Source of the DNA: Candidatus Multivoradales bacterium
Lineage (GTDB): Bacteria > Acidobacteriota > Thermoanaerobaculia > Multivoradales > Multivoraceae
Assembly (NCBI GenBank): GCA_965223325.1
Contig: CBDCWI010000002.1
Coordinates: 2,368,001 to 2,432,000 of the forward strand
Direction: 5' to 3'
Length of the DNA stretch: 64,000 nucleotides
Below are positions 8,791 through 17,555 of this stretch, piece by piece (position 1 is the stretch's first letter; the number at the start of each line of letters is the position of its first letter). The notes below the pieces were generated by a model. The model worked only from the letters and a program-made list of their open reading frames with translations. It ran no database searches and was not told where the DNA came from. The position numbers and the translations under genes were made by a program.

Positions 8791-10509
8791 TCAAGGGGCG
8801 CCGCCCGAGGCCTGCTGCACCCGTCCCGCGGCCAGCGGATCGAGGTCGTAGTAGCCGAACAGGCCGTCGACGATCGCAGTCGCCACCCGATGGCGGTGGG
8901 CGCGAGTTTGAATGAGTCGGCGATCTTCGGCATTCGCCAGGTTGCCGACCTCGAGCAGAATCTTCGCTGGCACCTGGTTGTACCGCAGCACCGCCGGCAC
9001 CCACGGCCGACCACGACGGCGAATGATGCGATCGCGAACCGGTAGGTTGGGATGTACCGCGAGGCCATGGCGTCGGAAGCCATGGATCATGTTGTCGGCG
9101 AGGTCGAGCGAAAGACCCTTGTGACGTTGCCGGTCGCTGTTGGAAATCGTCACCGACGGCTGCTCCCTGACCTCCGCCCGGCTGGCGTAGACAGAGTCAC
9201 TCTTGCCGCCCGAGGCCGTTCCGACGACGCCGGGAACGTAGACCATGGCTCCACGCAGCGAAGGATGCAGCGAGTCCGCGTGGATCGACAGAAAAACCAC
9301 CTTGCCAGGCTCACTGTCGCGGCCGAGGGCGTCACGCAGGTGGCTGTTGGCGAGGTAGTAGCGCAGGTTGGTACTGATCTTTCCGACTTCGATCTTGTAG
9401 GGCGGCGTCGTCAAGACCGCGTGCCCGCGCGACTGCGGCAGAACATCGCGATTCACCACGGCCCAGGCGCTGCCGTCGCGAGTTGTCATCAGGACTCGGG
9501 CTGCGGTGTTGGCCGCCAGGATCTCGCGCACCCTTACTGCAATGTCGTAGACGTAGGAACTCTCCCAGACGCCGCCAACCGTCGCTCCGACATCGCGACC
9601 TCCGTGCCCCGGATCGAGAATCACCGTCACACCCGCAAGATCGAGGGCCCGCACTTCGTTGGTAAACCGCGCCGTCGCCGAGCGCGTCGACTCCCACTGC
9701 CTACGCTCGGGACTGTCCGGCGGCAAGAACTCCGGCAGGAGGTGTTCGAAGGGCACCTTGACCTCGTAGCCCACTGGAATATCGGTGACGTCAGAGATGC
9801 CACTGCGTGTGGCGATCTCACCCGCGAGGCGGTTGACGTCGCTGGCAAAGACTTCGCCCGTAAAGCGCACCACGACGCTCGAGTAGAGCGCCTCGCCCGC
9901 GCGCAAGCGATACGAGGCGTAGTCGCCGAGGGCATCACGCCCGTAGCGGAGGTCTGGCGTCTGGCGGGCCGTCTGCAGAACCTGAGAGCGCAGCGCCGGG
10001 CGCAAGATGGCGACTGGAATCAGGATCTCCTGCCCAACCCGTAGCTCTTCGTCGAACAACGTGTTGGCCTCGCGCAAGCTGCGGTAGCTCTCGCCGGTAC
10101 CGGTAAACCAACGCGCCAGCTGCCACAACCCACCGGCGGCTTCGGAGGGACTCTGCACGCGGTGGATCCAACCGCGAACATCGGTACGGTCGCCGGGGAA
10201 CAGAGCGCGCAAAGCCTCGCTTCGATGCTCGGGGCGCAAGCAATCGAAAGCGACTTTGTAGCGCGTGTCGAAACGCGGCGCGCGGTGGTTGCGGTTGGCG
10301 CGCGAGATCTCTCGCCAGGCACTCGCGCGCCCACAGAGCCGGCGGGCGAAGTCGTTCGCTCCTTCGCCGCGACGGGGACCGGCCTCGATCCACGGGTCGC
10401 CGGTCGGGCCCAGAACTGCGCTCATCCCGTCGGAGAGCGCGGCGCGGCGGGTCTCGGAGCCGGTGCCTTGTGCGTAGGACAAGGTGGCGAAGAAAAGGCC
10501 GATGAGCAT
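8791..10509 (-). CDS. N-acetylmuramoyl-L-alanine amidase (Amidase_3) with LysM-like N-terminal repeats
   Basis: VILDPGHGGRDVG, FLSIHADS, LLEVGN zinc motifs; start uncertain, placed to avoid overlap with gatA. Confidence 0.85.
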   Translation of the reverse strand: MLIGLFFATLSYAQGTGSETRRAALSDGMSAVLGPTGDPWIEAGPRRGEGANDFARRLCGRASAWREISRANRNHRAPRFDTRYKVAFDCLRPEHRSEALRALFPGDRTDVRGWIHRVQSPSEAAGGLWQLARWFTGTGESYRSLREANTLFDEELRVGQEILIPVAILRPALRSQVLQTARQTPDLRYGRDALGDYASYRLRAGEALYSSVVVRFTGEVFASDVNRLAGEIATRSGISDVTDIPVGYEVKVPFEHLLPEFLPPDSPERRQWESTRSATARFTNEVRALDLAGVTVILDPGHGGRDVGATVGGVWESSYVYDIAVRVREILAANTAARVLMTTRDGSAWAVVNRDVLPQSRGHAVLTTPPYKIEVGKISTNLRYYLANSHLRDALGRDSEPGKVVFLSIHADSLHPSLRGAMVYVPGVVGTASGGKSDSVYASRAEVREQPSVTISNSDRQRHKGLSLDLADNMIHGFRRHGLAVHPNLPVRDRIIRRRGRPWVPAVLRYNQVPAKILLEVGNLANAEDRRLIQTRAHRHRVATAIVDGLFGYYDLDPLAAGRVQQASGGAP

Positions 10510-10630
10510 CGCCACGGCTCCGCGGCAAGAAGACGCACTAGCGAAACCAACAGCACGAAGCTCCTTGCTGCGCTCGCAACCGTTACAGCGGGGCGAGCTT
10601 GGACTGATGCGTTGCAAGAGCACCGGCTCG

Positions 10631-12127
10631 TCAAGCGGCCTCGTCGGCGGGTCGGAAGTCGGGGCGGGCCTGGAAAGAGATCTCGCGTTCGACAACGCTT
10701 GCATGGCGCAGCAGTGTCGCTTCGGCAAAGGCCGGTGCGATCAGTTGCAGTGAGAGCGGAAGCCCACGTTCATCGAGCCCAGTGGGTAGGGCAATCGACG
10801 GCAGCCCGGTCAGGCTCGACGGCGTCGTGAAGACGTCGGACAGATACATCGCAACCGGGTCCTGAAGGCGCTCCCCGAGCCCGAAGGCTCCACCCGGCGT
10901 GGTTGGGGTTGCCAGAACATCGACCCGTTCGAAGGCTTCTGCAAACTGCGCCGTGAGCGCTCGCGAGACGCCGCGCGCGCGGGCGTAGTAGGCGTCGTAA
11001 TAGCCAGAGGAAAGCGCGAACGTGCCCAGCATGATGCGCCGTTTGACTTCCGCTCCAAAGCCCTGGCTGCGGGTTCGCACGTACATATCGCGCAAGTTGG
11101 CGCCGCCCGCGGCGCGCAAGCCATAGCGCGCTCCGTCGAAGCGAGCCAGGTTTGCACTCGCTTCACTGTTGGCCATCACGTAGTAGGCCGATACGGCGCC
11201 GGGAAGGTTGGGAACTGAAACGGCTTCGACTTTCGCTCCCGCCGCCTCGAGAACGGACAGGGTGCGCTCCCACTCTGCCAGCGCGTCGGTGGGCAAGGCA
11301 CTCGTGTCAACTTCATCGAGCACGCCAATGCGCACCCCGTCGAGGGAGCCTTCGGCCTGCGCAGAAAGGGCGGCGTCGCTGTACGACGGCACCGACTGGC
11401 GCGCCGACGTCGCGTCGCGGGCGTCGGCGCCCGCCATGACTTCGAGGGCCAGCGCCGTATCGGCGACGTTGCGGGTCAAGGGACCGATCTGATCGAGCGA
11501 CGAGCCAAACGCCACCAGACCCCAACGCGAGATCCGCCCCCAGGTCGGCTTGAGACCGACCAGGCCACAAAGTGCAGCCGGCTGGCGAATCGAACCACCC
11601 GTGTCAGAGCCCAGGGCCAGCGGAACCGACCCAGCAGCGACCGCGGCCGCCGAACCACCGCTCGAACCGCCCGGCACCATGCCGAGATGCCAGGGATTGT
11701 GGGTCGGATGAAAAGCCGAGTTCTCGCACGACGACCCCATCGCGAACTCGTCCTGGTTGACGCGACCGATCACCAGCGCATCTTCTTTCACCAGCCGGTC
11801 GACTGCGGTGGCGGTGAACGGGGCGCGGTAGCCGGCGAGGATTCTGGAACCGCAGGTCAGTGCGTGCCCGGCGTAGTTCAGGTTGTCTTTGATCGCCACC
11901 GGCACGCCGGCGAGGCGGCCGAGCGGTTCCCCGGCCGCCTGCCGTTGATCGAGCGCGCCGGCCTGTTCGCACACCGAGTCGTCGAAGAGCTCGAGGTAGG
12001 CGCGCACCGATGTGTCGGTCGTGCGCACCCGCTCGAGCGCCTGCTCGACCGTGTCGATGGCCCGAACCGCGCCCGCGCGAGTGTCAGAGGCCAGCTGGTG
12101 TGCAGTCGTCTCCCAGGTGTCAGTCAT
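10631..12127 (-). CDS. gatA: Asp/Glu-tRNA amidotransferase subunit A
   Basis: VAIKDN, DEFAMGSS, PGGSSGGSA, GSDTGGSIRQPA, EVKRRIMLGTFALSSGYYDAYY. Confidence 0.97.
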   Translation of the reverse strand: MTDTWETTAHQLASDTRAGAVRAIDTVEQALERVRTTDTSVRAYLELFDDSVCEQAGALDQRQAAGEPLGRLAGVPVAIKDNLNYAGHALTCGSRILAGYRAPFTATAVDRLVKEDALVIGRVNQDEFAMGSSCENSAFHPTHNPWHLGMVPGGSSGGSAAAVAAGSVPLALGSDTGGSIRQPAALCGLVGLKPTWGRISRWGLVAFGSSLDQIGPLTRNVADTALALEVMAGADARDATSARQSVPSYSDAALSAQAEGSLDGVRIGVLDEVDTSALPTDALAEWERTLSVLEAAGAKVEAVSVPNLPGAVSAYYVMANSEASANLARFDGARYGLRAAGGANLRDMYVRTRSQGFGAEVKRRIMLGTFALSSGYYDAYYARARGVSRALTAQFAEAFERVDVLATPTTPGGAFGLGERLQDPVAMYLSDVFTTPSSLTGLPSIALPTGLDERGLPLSLQLIAPAFAEATLLRHASVVEREISFQARPDFRPADEAA

Positions 12128-12440
12128 CACCGACCACCTTGACCTGCGGCACCAGCAACAGAGTGTCGAGCGCCTCCGGAGCGTTGTAGAGAAAGTCCGC
12201 TGGGCTGACGACATCATCGCCCCCGACCTGCTCTTGGTCTTCGGCCCGCGGTACGTCCCTACGCTCCAGCGAATCGAGCTCTCGGTAGTGTCCCTCGTCG
12301 CTACCCTCGAAGGCCGTCAACTGGTCGACCCAGTCGATGATTCGAGAGAGCTGCTCGGCGTGCAGCTCTTCCTCCTCTGGAGACAGCTCGAGGCGAGCCA
12401 GGGAAGCAATGTTGCGCACGTCATCACGGGAGATGGCCAT
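12120..12440 (-). CDS. gatC: Asp/Glu-tRNA amidotransferase subunit C
   Basis: ISRDDVRNIASLARLEL...NAPE...VPQV; overlaps the gatA start. Confidence 0.93.
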   Translation of the reverse strand: MAISRDDVRNIASLARLELSPEEEELHAEQLSRIIDWVDQLTAFEGSDEGHYRELDSLERRDVPRAEDQEQVGGDDVVSPADFLYNAPEALDTLLLVPQVKVVGDD

Positions 12441-12786
12441 GGGCGGATTCTAGCCAGCTCCAGGCCGCGCCCGGCACGTCAGGACCACAAACCCAGCCGC
12501 GCAAGAGCGACCGATGAAAGCAAGCGGAACCACCGTAATTGCAACCGACCCGCCCCGGACGCACCGCTTTTTCGACACGGTCCACCGATTCTTGAGACTC
12601 CGATTCACAGCCCGTCACGCAAGACGCCTAGTTTTGAAAGAAATATGGCGTTTCGGGCCCAAAAACCGACCAGAAGTGACGAATTTGCTCTCGTCTATAA
12701 GTTGGCACCGAACATGAAGAAGGGGGGTGTACAGGCCGCGACTCCACGCGCTCCCTTGCCATTCAATCCAAGAGGTTCTGCCCACC

Positions 12787-14940
12787 ATGTTCAACACCCT
12801 CCCCACCCTTCACTCCCTGCGCGCCGCACTGTTTGTCGCGGCCTGTCTCCTCTTCTCTGCTTCCGCGCAGGCCGCGGACGTCGCGATCGACATGCGCGCC
12901 GCAGCTCCTGACAGCTACGACCACACGGTCGGTGGCGGCGCCTGGAACGATGGCTCAGCTAGCGACGTCGTCGGCGCTCTCGTTGGCGGCGACTACTTCT
13001 GCGGCGACATCGTCTCGTTCTTTCTCCGACTCGATGTCGCTGCCGCACCGTCTGTCGATCGCCAGGGTGCACAGATCGTCCTGCTACTCGGTCCCGGCTC
13101 GAGCGGTGCGTCCGGCATCACCTTCTCAGAAATCGTTGGCGTTTCGATCAACGACGGCGACGTCGGTGGCGCTGGTCCGAACGGCGAAGACACCGCCAAC
13201 CAGCACAACCACAACAGCGCGATCTCCATCTACAGCCAAGAGCTCACCGGACCGCTTTATGACCCCTCAACCTATCTTCAGACCATCCTCCGGGTGACTG
13301 CCCTCGAAGCCGGCGAGCAGGTCGTTGCCAGAGTCGACGCCCGCCTTTCCTGCCAGAACAACGCTTCACGGAGCGGCTCGCTCTCGATCGAGTTTGTCCA
13401 GGCCCTCCTACCCAAGACAGGGACGACGGTGCGCCCCCTCAACCCACTGGTCATCGAGATGCATGCCGCCGAAGACGTCGCAACCCCGACGCTAGACATC
13501 AGCGTCGAGAAGCGCGACACCAAAGACCTGGTTGCGGTTGGCGAGAACGTCAACTACATCATCGAGGTCAGCAACTCCTCGTCGACCTTCGCCGCTGAGA
13601 ACGTCAAGCTCACCGATCATCTCGACGCCAACACATCCTTCGCTGAGGTCTTCTCGAGCTTCCCCTGCAGCCATAGCGGCGGCGTACTCACTTGCGACCT
13701 GGGGACACTCGAGCCGATGGAAACGGTCTCGATCGAGGTACACGCCAAGGTCCTCAGCACCGCCCCGCGGAACAAGCTCGGCGGCACCAGCTGCAACGGC
13801 GGCGAAGATCTCTGCAACCGGGTTTCGGTCACCACGACGACTCCTCAGACTGACTACACGAACGACCGCGACACCGAGCCCACCGGCGTCGGCTCCCCGG
13901 CGCCGCGCGGCGAGCTCTCGATCGACCTCAGCCCTGACCTGGCGTGCGTCAACGAGAACCGCAAGATCACGCTGTTCTACGACGTCTCCAACACCGGAGC
14001 CGGCGAGGTCGCTGACGTCGTCGTCACCGATACCGCCTGCTCACCAATCACCCCGGTTGTTGCCAATGGCAGTTCCTCGAACGTCGGCGACCTCGACCAT
14101 GACAACAAGGTCGACGTCGGCGAAGTCTGGAGCTTCACCTGCACGACCTTCGGTTCCGCCGTCACCCACGTAGCGACTGCGACTGGCGTCGACGCGGCAA
14201 CGGCACTCGAGCTCAAGAGCCAGGATTCCGGCACCTTCGACCTTTGCGGCGGCGACATCGCGATCCAGAAGTCAGTGGACAAGCCGGTCATCAATCCCGG
14301 CGAGACCGTCACCTTCACCATCAAGGTCACCAACACCGGCAGCTCGGTCCTCTCTGACGTGCTCGTCGAAGACATCGACGTTCCGTCTTGCCGCTGGACC
14401 TTCGCCAGCCTGGCGGTCGGCGAGAGCAAGACGATGACCTGCGTGGTCTCTGACCTGCGCGCCGACATGACCAATGTCGCAGTCGCCTCGGGCTACGATC
14501 CCACCGGCGACGTGGTTGGACCGAAGGAAGACGACGCCACTGTTGTGGTGGTCACGCCAACAGCCGCCGACGGCACCGGAACGCCTGGCTACTGGAAAAC
14601 CCATCCCGAGGCCTGGCCGGTCGATAGCATCACCATCGGTGGCGTGACCTACTCGAAGGCCACCGCCCTCGACCTGATGTGGGCCAACGTCTCGAAGGAC
14701 AAGACCTACGTCCTCTTCCGCTCCCTGGTGTCGGCGAAGCTCAACCTGCTGATCGGCAACGAGAGTGGCTGCATCGACGGGACGGTTGCCAAAGGCGACG
14801 CCTGGATGGCGCAGTACGGCCCGGTTGGCAGCGGCGTCAAGGCCGGTGGCAAGAAGTCCCCCTGGGTTTCTGGCAACCAGATCCACAAGAAGCTCGACGA
14901 CTACAACAACGGTCGCCTCTGCGCTCCTCACCGCGGATAA
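12787..14940 (+). CDS. Secreted DUF11-repeat surface protein
   Basis: Signal peptide ending AQA; repeated Ig-like units (ISVEK..D..V..G....YIIEVSN; IQKSVD....PGETVTFTIKVTNTG); C-terminal TPGYWKTH domain. Confidence 0.85.
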   Translation: MFNTLPTLHSLRAALFVAACLLFSASAQAADVAIDMRAAAPDSYDHTVGGGAWNDGSASDVVGALVGGDYFCGDIVSFFLRLDVAAAPSVDRQGAQIVLLLGPGSSGASGITFSEIVGVSINDGDVGGAGPNGEDTANQHNHNSAISIYSQELTGPLYDPSTYLQTILRVTALEAGEQVVARVDARLSCQNNASRSGSLSIEFVQALLPKTGTTVRPLNPLVIEMHAAEDVATPTLDISVEKRDTKDLVAVGENVNYIIEVSNSSSTFAAENVKLTDHLDANTSFAEVFSSFPCSHSGGVLTCDLGTLEPMETVSIEVHAKVLSTAPRNKLGGTSCNGGEDLCNRVSVTTTTPQTDYTNDRDTEPTGVGSPAPRGELSIDLSPDLACVNENRKITLFYDVSNTGAGEVADVVVTDTACSPITPVVANGSSSNVGDLDHDNKVDVGEVWSFTCTTFGSAVTHVATATGVDAATALELKSQDSGTFDLCGGDIAIQKSVDKPVINPGETVTFTIKVTNTGSSVLSDVLVEDIDVPSCRWTFASLAVGESKTMTCVVSDLRADMTNVAVASGYDPTGDVVGPKEDDATVVVVTPTAADGTGTPGYWKTHPEAWPVDSITIGGVTYSKATALDLMWANVSKDKTYVLFRSLVSAKLNLLIGNESGCIDGTVAKGDAWMAQYGPVGSGVKAGGKKSPWVSGNQIHKKLDDYNNGRLCAPHRG

Positions 14941-14962
14941 GACCTCTACGTCAGCAATACAG

Positions 14963-14994
14963 AAAGGGCCGACCTCACAAGAGGTCGGCCCTTT
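14963..14994. terminator. Bidirectional intrinsic terminator between convergent genes
   Basis: AAAGGGCCGACCTC-ACAA-GAGGTCGGCCCTTT perfect 14-bp stem; short U-tracts. Confidence 0.8.
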
Positions 14995-15042
14995 GCCGGT
15001 TCAGGTGCCTACGTCTTTCATGGCACTAGGCACTGGCGCGGC

Positions 15043-17313
15043 TCACTCAGGATCCGGCTCACACACCGGGTCTTCCGGTGGCTCTTCCGAACAGTGGCCC
15101 GGTCCGAGGTCGCCGTTGTTGTAGAGGTCGAGGAGTGCCGCGAGCTTGATCCACTCGTTCTTCTCATCGCCTTTGATGCGCACCTTCTTGGGGTCGTCGA
15201 CCGTCCATAGGAGCGCCTCGGCTTCCGCCAGCTCCTCGGCGATGATGCCGCTGTCGGCACCGGCGAGGACGTTCAGTGACGCCGCGATGTACTGGTGCGC
15301 CAGGATGTAGAAGACGTTGCCACCCTTGGGCGGAGTCTCGAGAACCTGCAGCCAGGTTTCGCCGCTCGCCAGGAACAGCGAATCCGGACCTGCCGGCATG
15401 ACCTCGCCCCAGGTCGAGTCGTACTGCTTGCGACTCGGGTCGGCGTGCGTCTTCCAGTAGCCCTGGGTGAGAGTGCAGCCGTCTTCACACGCGACCTGAA
15501 CGTTGACCGCCCAGGTGGAGACCTCGGTGGTCGCACTGTCGCCGGTGGTGAGACGCGCAGTGTTCATGAGAGCTCCGAGTAGGCCGCCGTTGTCGGCGCA
15601 GCTGGCCACGCCGAACGGCCCCACGGGAACCTCGTAGCTGGTCGTCCAGCCGTCCGGGCCGAGGCTCGCGCCACAAACGTCTTCTGCCAGCGTATCCACC
15701 TGCAGATCGGCACCATCGAGGTACTCATCGGTGATATCGACGCACGAGTCGATCTCGCTTCCGGGGTCGGTCGCGTGGTCGATCGCCACCGGCGCCGACT
15801 CGAAGGACTGTCGGCTGGCAAGTACTACCGGGTCGGCGCCTGGCGCGAAGAGCCGGTTGACCAGGGTTGCCTCGGCAACGTTCTGGACCGCAGCATTGAG
15901 TTCATCTGCGGTGAGACTCTGGTCGTAGTCGCAAGTGACGCTGCCCATCGCCGGTACTACCGCCGCTGTGCAGTTGGCGAGCGGAATATCGAACGCGATG
16001 GAACCGGTGCTCGGGAGCGTGTAGTCGCGCACACTGTCCAGAGGTGCAGCCAACGTCGGATGTGGGTTGCCAACGGTAACGGTACCCGTCATATGGTGGT
16101 CGACGTTCGCTGGTGTCGCTGTCACATCCACCGTGTAGACCACCGTCGCCGACTGGTTCGGGCTGAGCAGTAGATCCTCGTGGTCTGCGGTCTTCGAGAT
16201 CGTCCAATCCCACGCGCGATCGAAACCGCTGGCAGCCGTCTTCGTGACGGTCAGCTGGCGACACGTCACGGGAACTGTGGTCTGGGCGGTCTGACCGGTC
16301 TCGACGATCGTGGCGGTGTTGACGTAGGTCTTGGACGACTCAGCGCAGCGATAGGTGGCCGAGTACGACTGGGATCCGTCGTTGCTGAACATCCACGAAC
16401 GGGACTCGTCGACTGACTCGTCGACTACCGTGATCGAGGCGTTGGTTTCGACCGTCGGTGCCCCGAAAGCCACCGCCTCCTCGGCTGTCGAACCCGACAC
16501 AGGTGAACCTGCCGCAGTCGCCACGGTTGCCACGTTGGTGCGCGGGGTGCTGCCCGGCAGCATAGAGGCGTATGAGCATTCCCATGATTGGCCGGCACCC
16601 AGATCAGCCGGTAGCGCAACCGGGCAGGTCACGTCGGCTACGATCCCGCCGGTCATCTCATCAGTCACGGTGACGCCGGTGGCGTCGAACGGCGTGTCGT
16701 TGCTGATGGTGATGGTGCCAGACACCGCAAAGTCGGAGTCCTGCGGATCGCCACGGTCGACAGAAACCACATACCGCAATTGAAACCAGTCGCCGAGGAA
16801 CAGGTCAATGGTTTCGGGAGTGACTGTTTTGTCGATCGACCACGGCCAGCTGCGGGTGTAGGTCGTCGTGGCGGTCTTCGACACCGAGAGCTCGAAGTCG
16901 TAGCAGAACTCGATATGACTGATTGCCGCTGCGCCACCACTCGCGTTGTCCGGTGAGCTGAGGTTCACCCCGGAGAAAGCTTCCGGATCGTAGGCGTAGA
17001 CATGGGCGTCAGAGCCGCCTTTGACGATCACAGCGTCGACCCCGAGCGTTGACGTCCAGTCGAAGGTGACGCCGTCGCTGGTGATCGTGACCGTGTCGTC
17101 AACACCGGGGAAAGAGTAGGTGCCACTGGGTGGCGGTTCGGGCTGTGGCTTGAAACCGTAGTCGTAGCCAAGCTCCTGACAGCTCGGGTTTCCACTGACG
17201 ACCTCCTGGGCAGCGGCAGGCGCCGCGACGACAAGCAGGACCACTAAGAGACTGAGACCGCACGCGGCCAACAGCGGGGCCGATCGTCTCGGCGCACGAC
17301 GAGTAAGGGACAT
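15043..17313 (-). CDS. Secreted beta-rich surface protein with TQGYWKTH C-terminal domain
   Basis: Signal peptide ending AAAQ; Thr-rich Ig-like repeats (LSVSKTA...WSIDKT; LTVTKTA...WTISKT); GGAGA RBS. Confidence 0.82.
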   Translation of the reverse strand: MSLTRRAPRRSAPLLAACGLSLLVVLLVVAAPAAAQEVVSGNPSCQELGYDYGFKPQPEPPPSGTYSFPGVDDTVTITSDGVTFDWTSTLGVDAVIVKGGSDAHVYAYDPEAFSGVNLSSPDNASGGAAAISHIEFCYDFELSVSKTATTTYTRSWPWSIDKTVTPETIDLFLGDWFQLRYVVSVDRGDPQDSDFAVSGTITISNDTPFDATGVTVTDEMTGGIVADVTCPVALPADLGAGQSWECSYASMLPGSTPRTNVATVATAAGSPVSGSTAEEAVAFGAPTVETNASITVVDESVDESRSWMFSNDGSQSYSATYRCAESSKTYVNTATIVETGQTAQTTVPVTCRQLTVTKTAASGFDRAWDWTISKTADHEDLLLSPNQSATVVYTVDVTATPANVDHHMTGTVTVGNPHPTLAAPLDSVRDYTLPSTGSIAFDIPLANCTAAVVPAMGSVTCDYDQSLTADELNAAVQNVAEATLVNRLFAPGADPVVLASRQSFESAPVAIDHATDPGSEIDSCVDITDEYLDGADLQVDTLAEDVCGASLGPDGWTTSYEVPVGPFGVASCADNGGLLGALMNTARLTTGDSATTEVSTWAVNVQVACEDGCTLTQGYWKTHADPSRKQYDSTWGEVMPAGPDSLFLASGETWLQVLETPPKGGNVFYILAHQYIAASLNVLAGADSGIIAEELAEAEALLWTVDDPKKVRIKGDEKNEWIKLAALLDLYNNGDLGPGHCSEEPPEDPVCEPDPE

Positions 17314-17555
17314 GGAGAATCTCCTTCCATCAGATGGCTGGCTAAAACGTAGAACTTGTATCGTGTTATAGGAGAGACCTTTCCAGCGCTCAACAGATCA
17401 GAAACAGTATTTACATTGTTGAATATTGGATCTTCTCACCAGGGTGCGCGGGGCCACACCCCGGCGGGGCTTTCCTCCTCATCGCTCGGAGCCGTGCTGG
17501 ATACGACCCGAAACAGCGTTTCAGGCAGGGAAGCTCAACCGTGGAGAGCGGCGGA

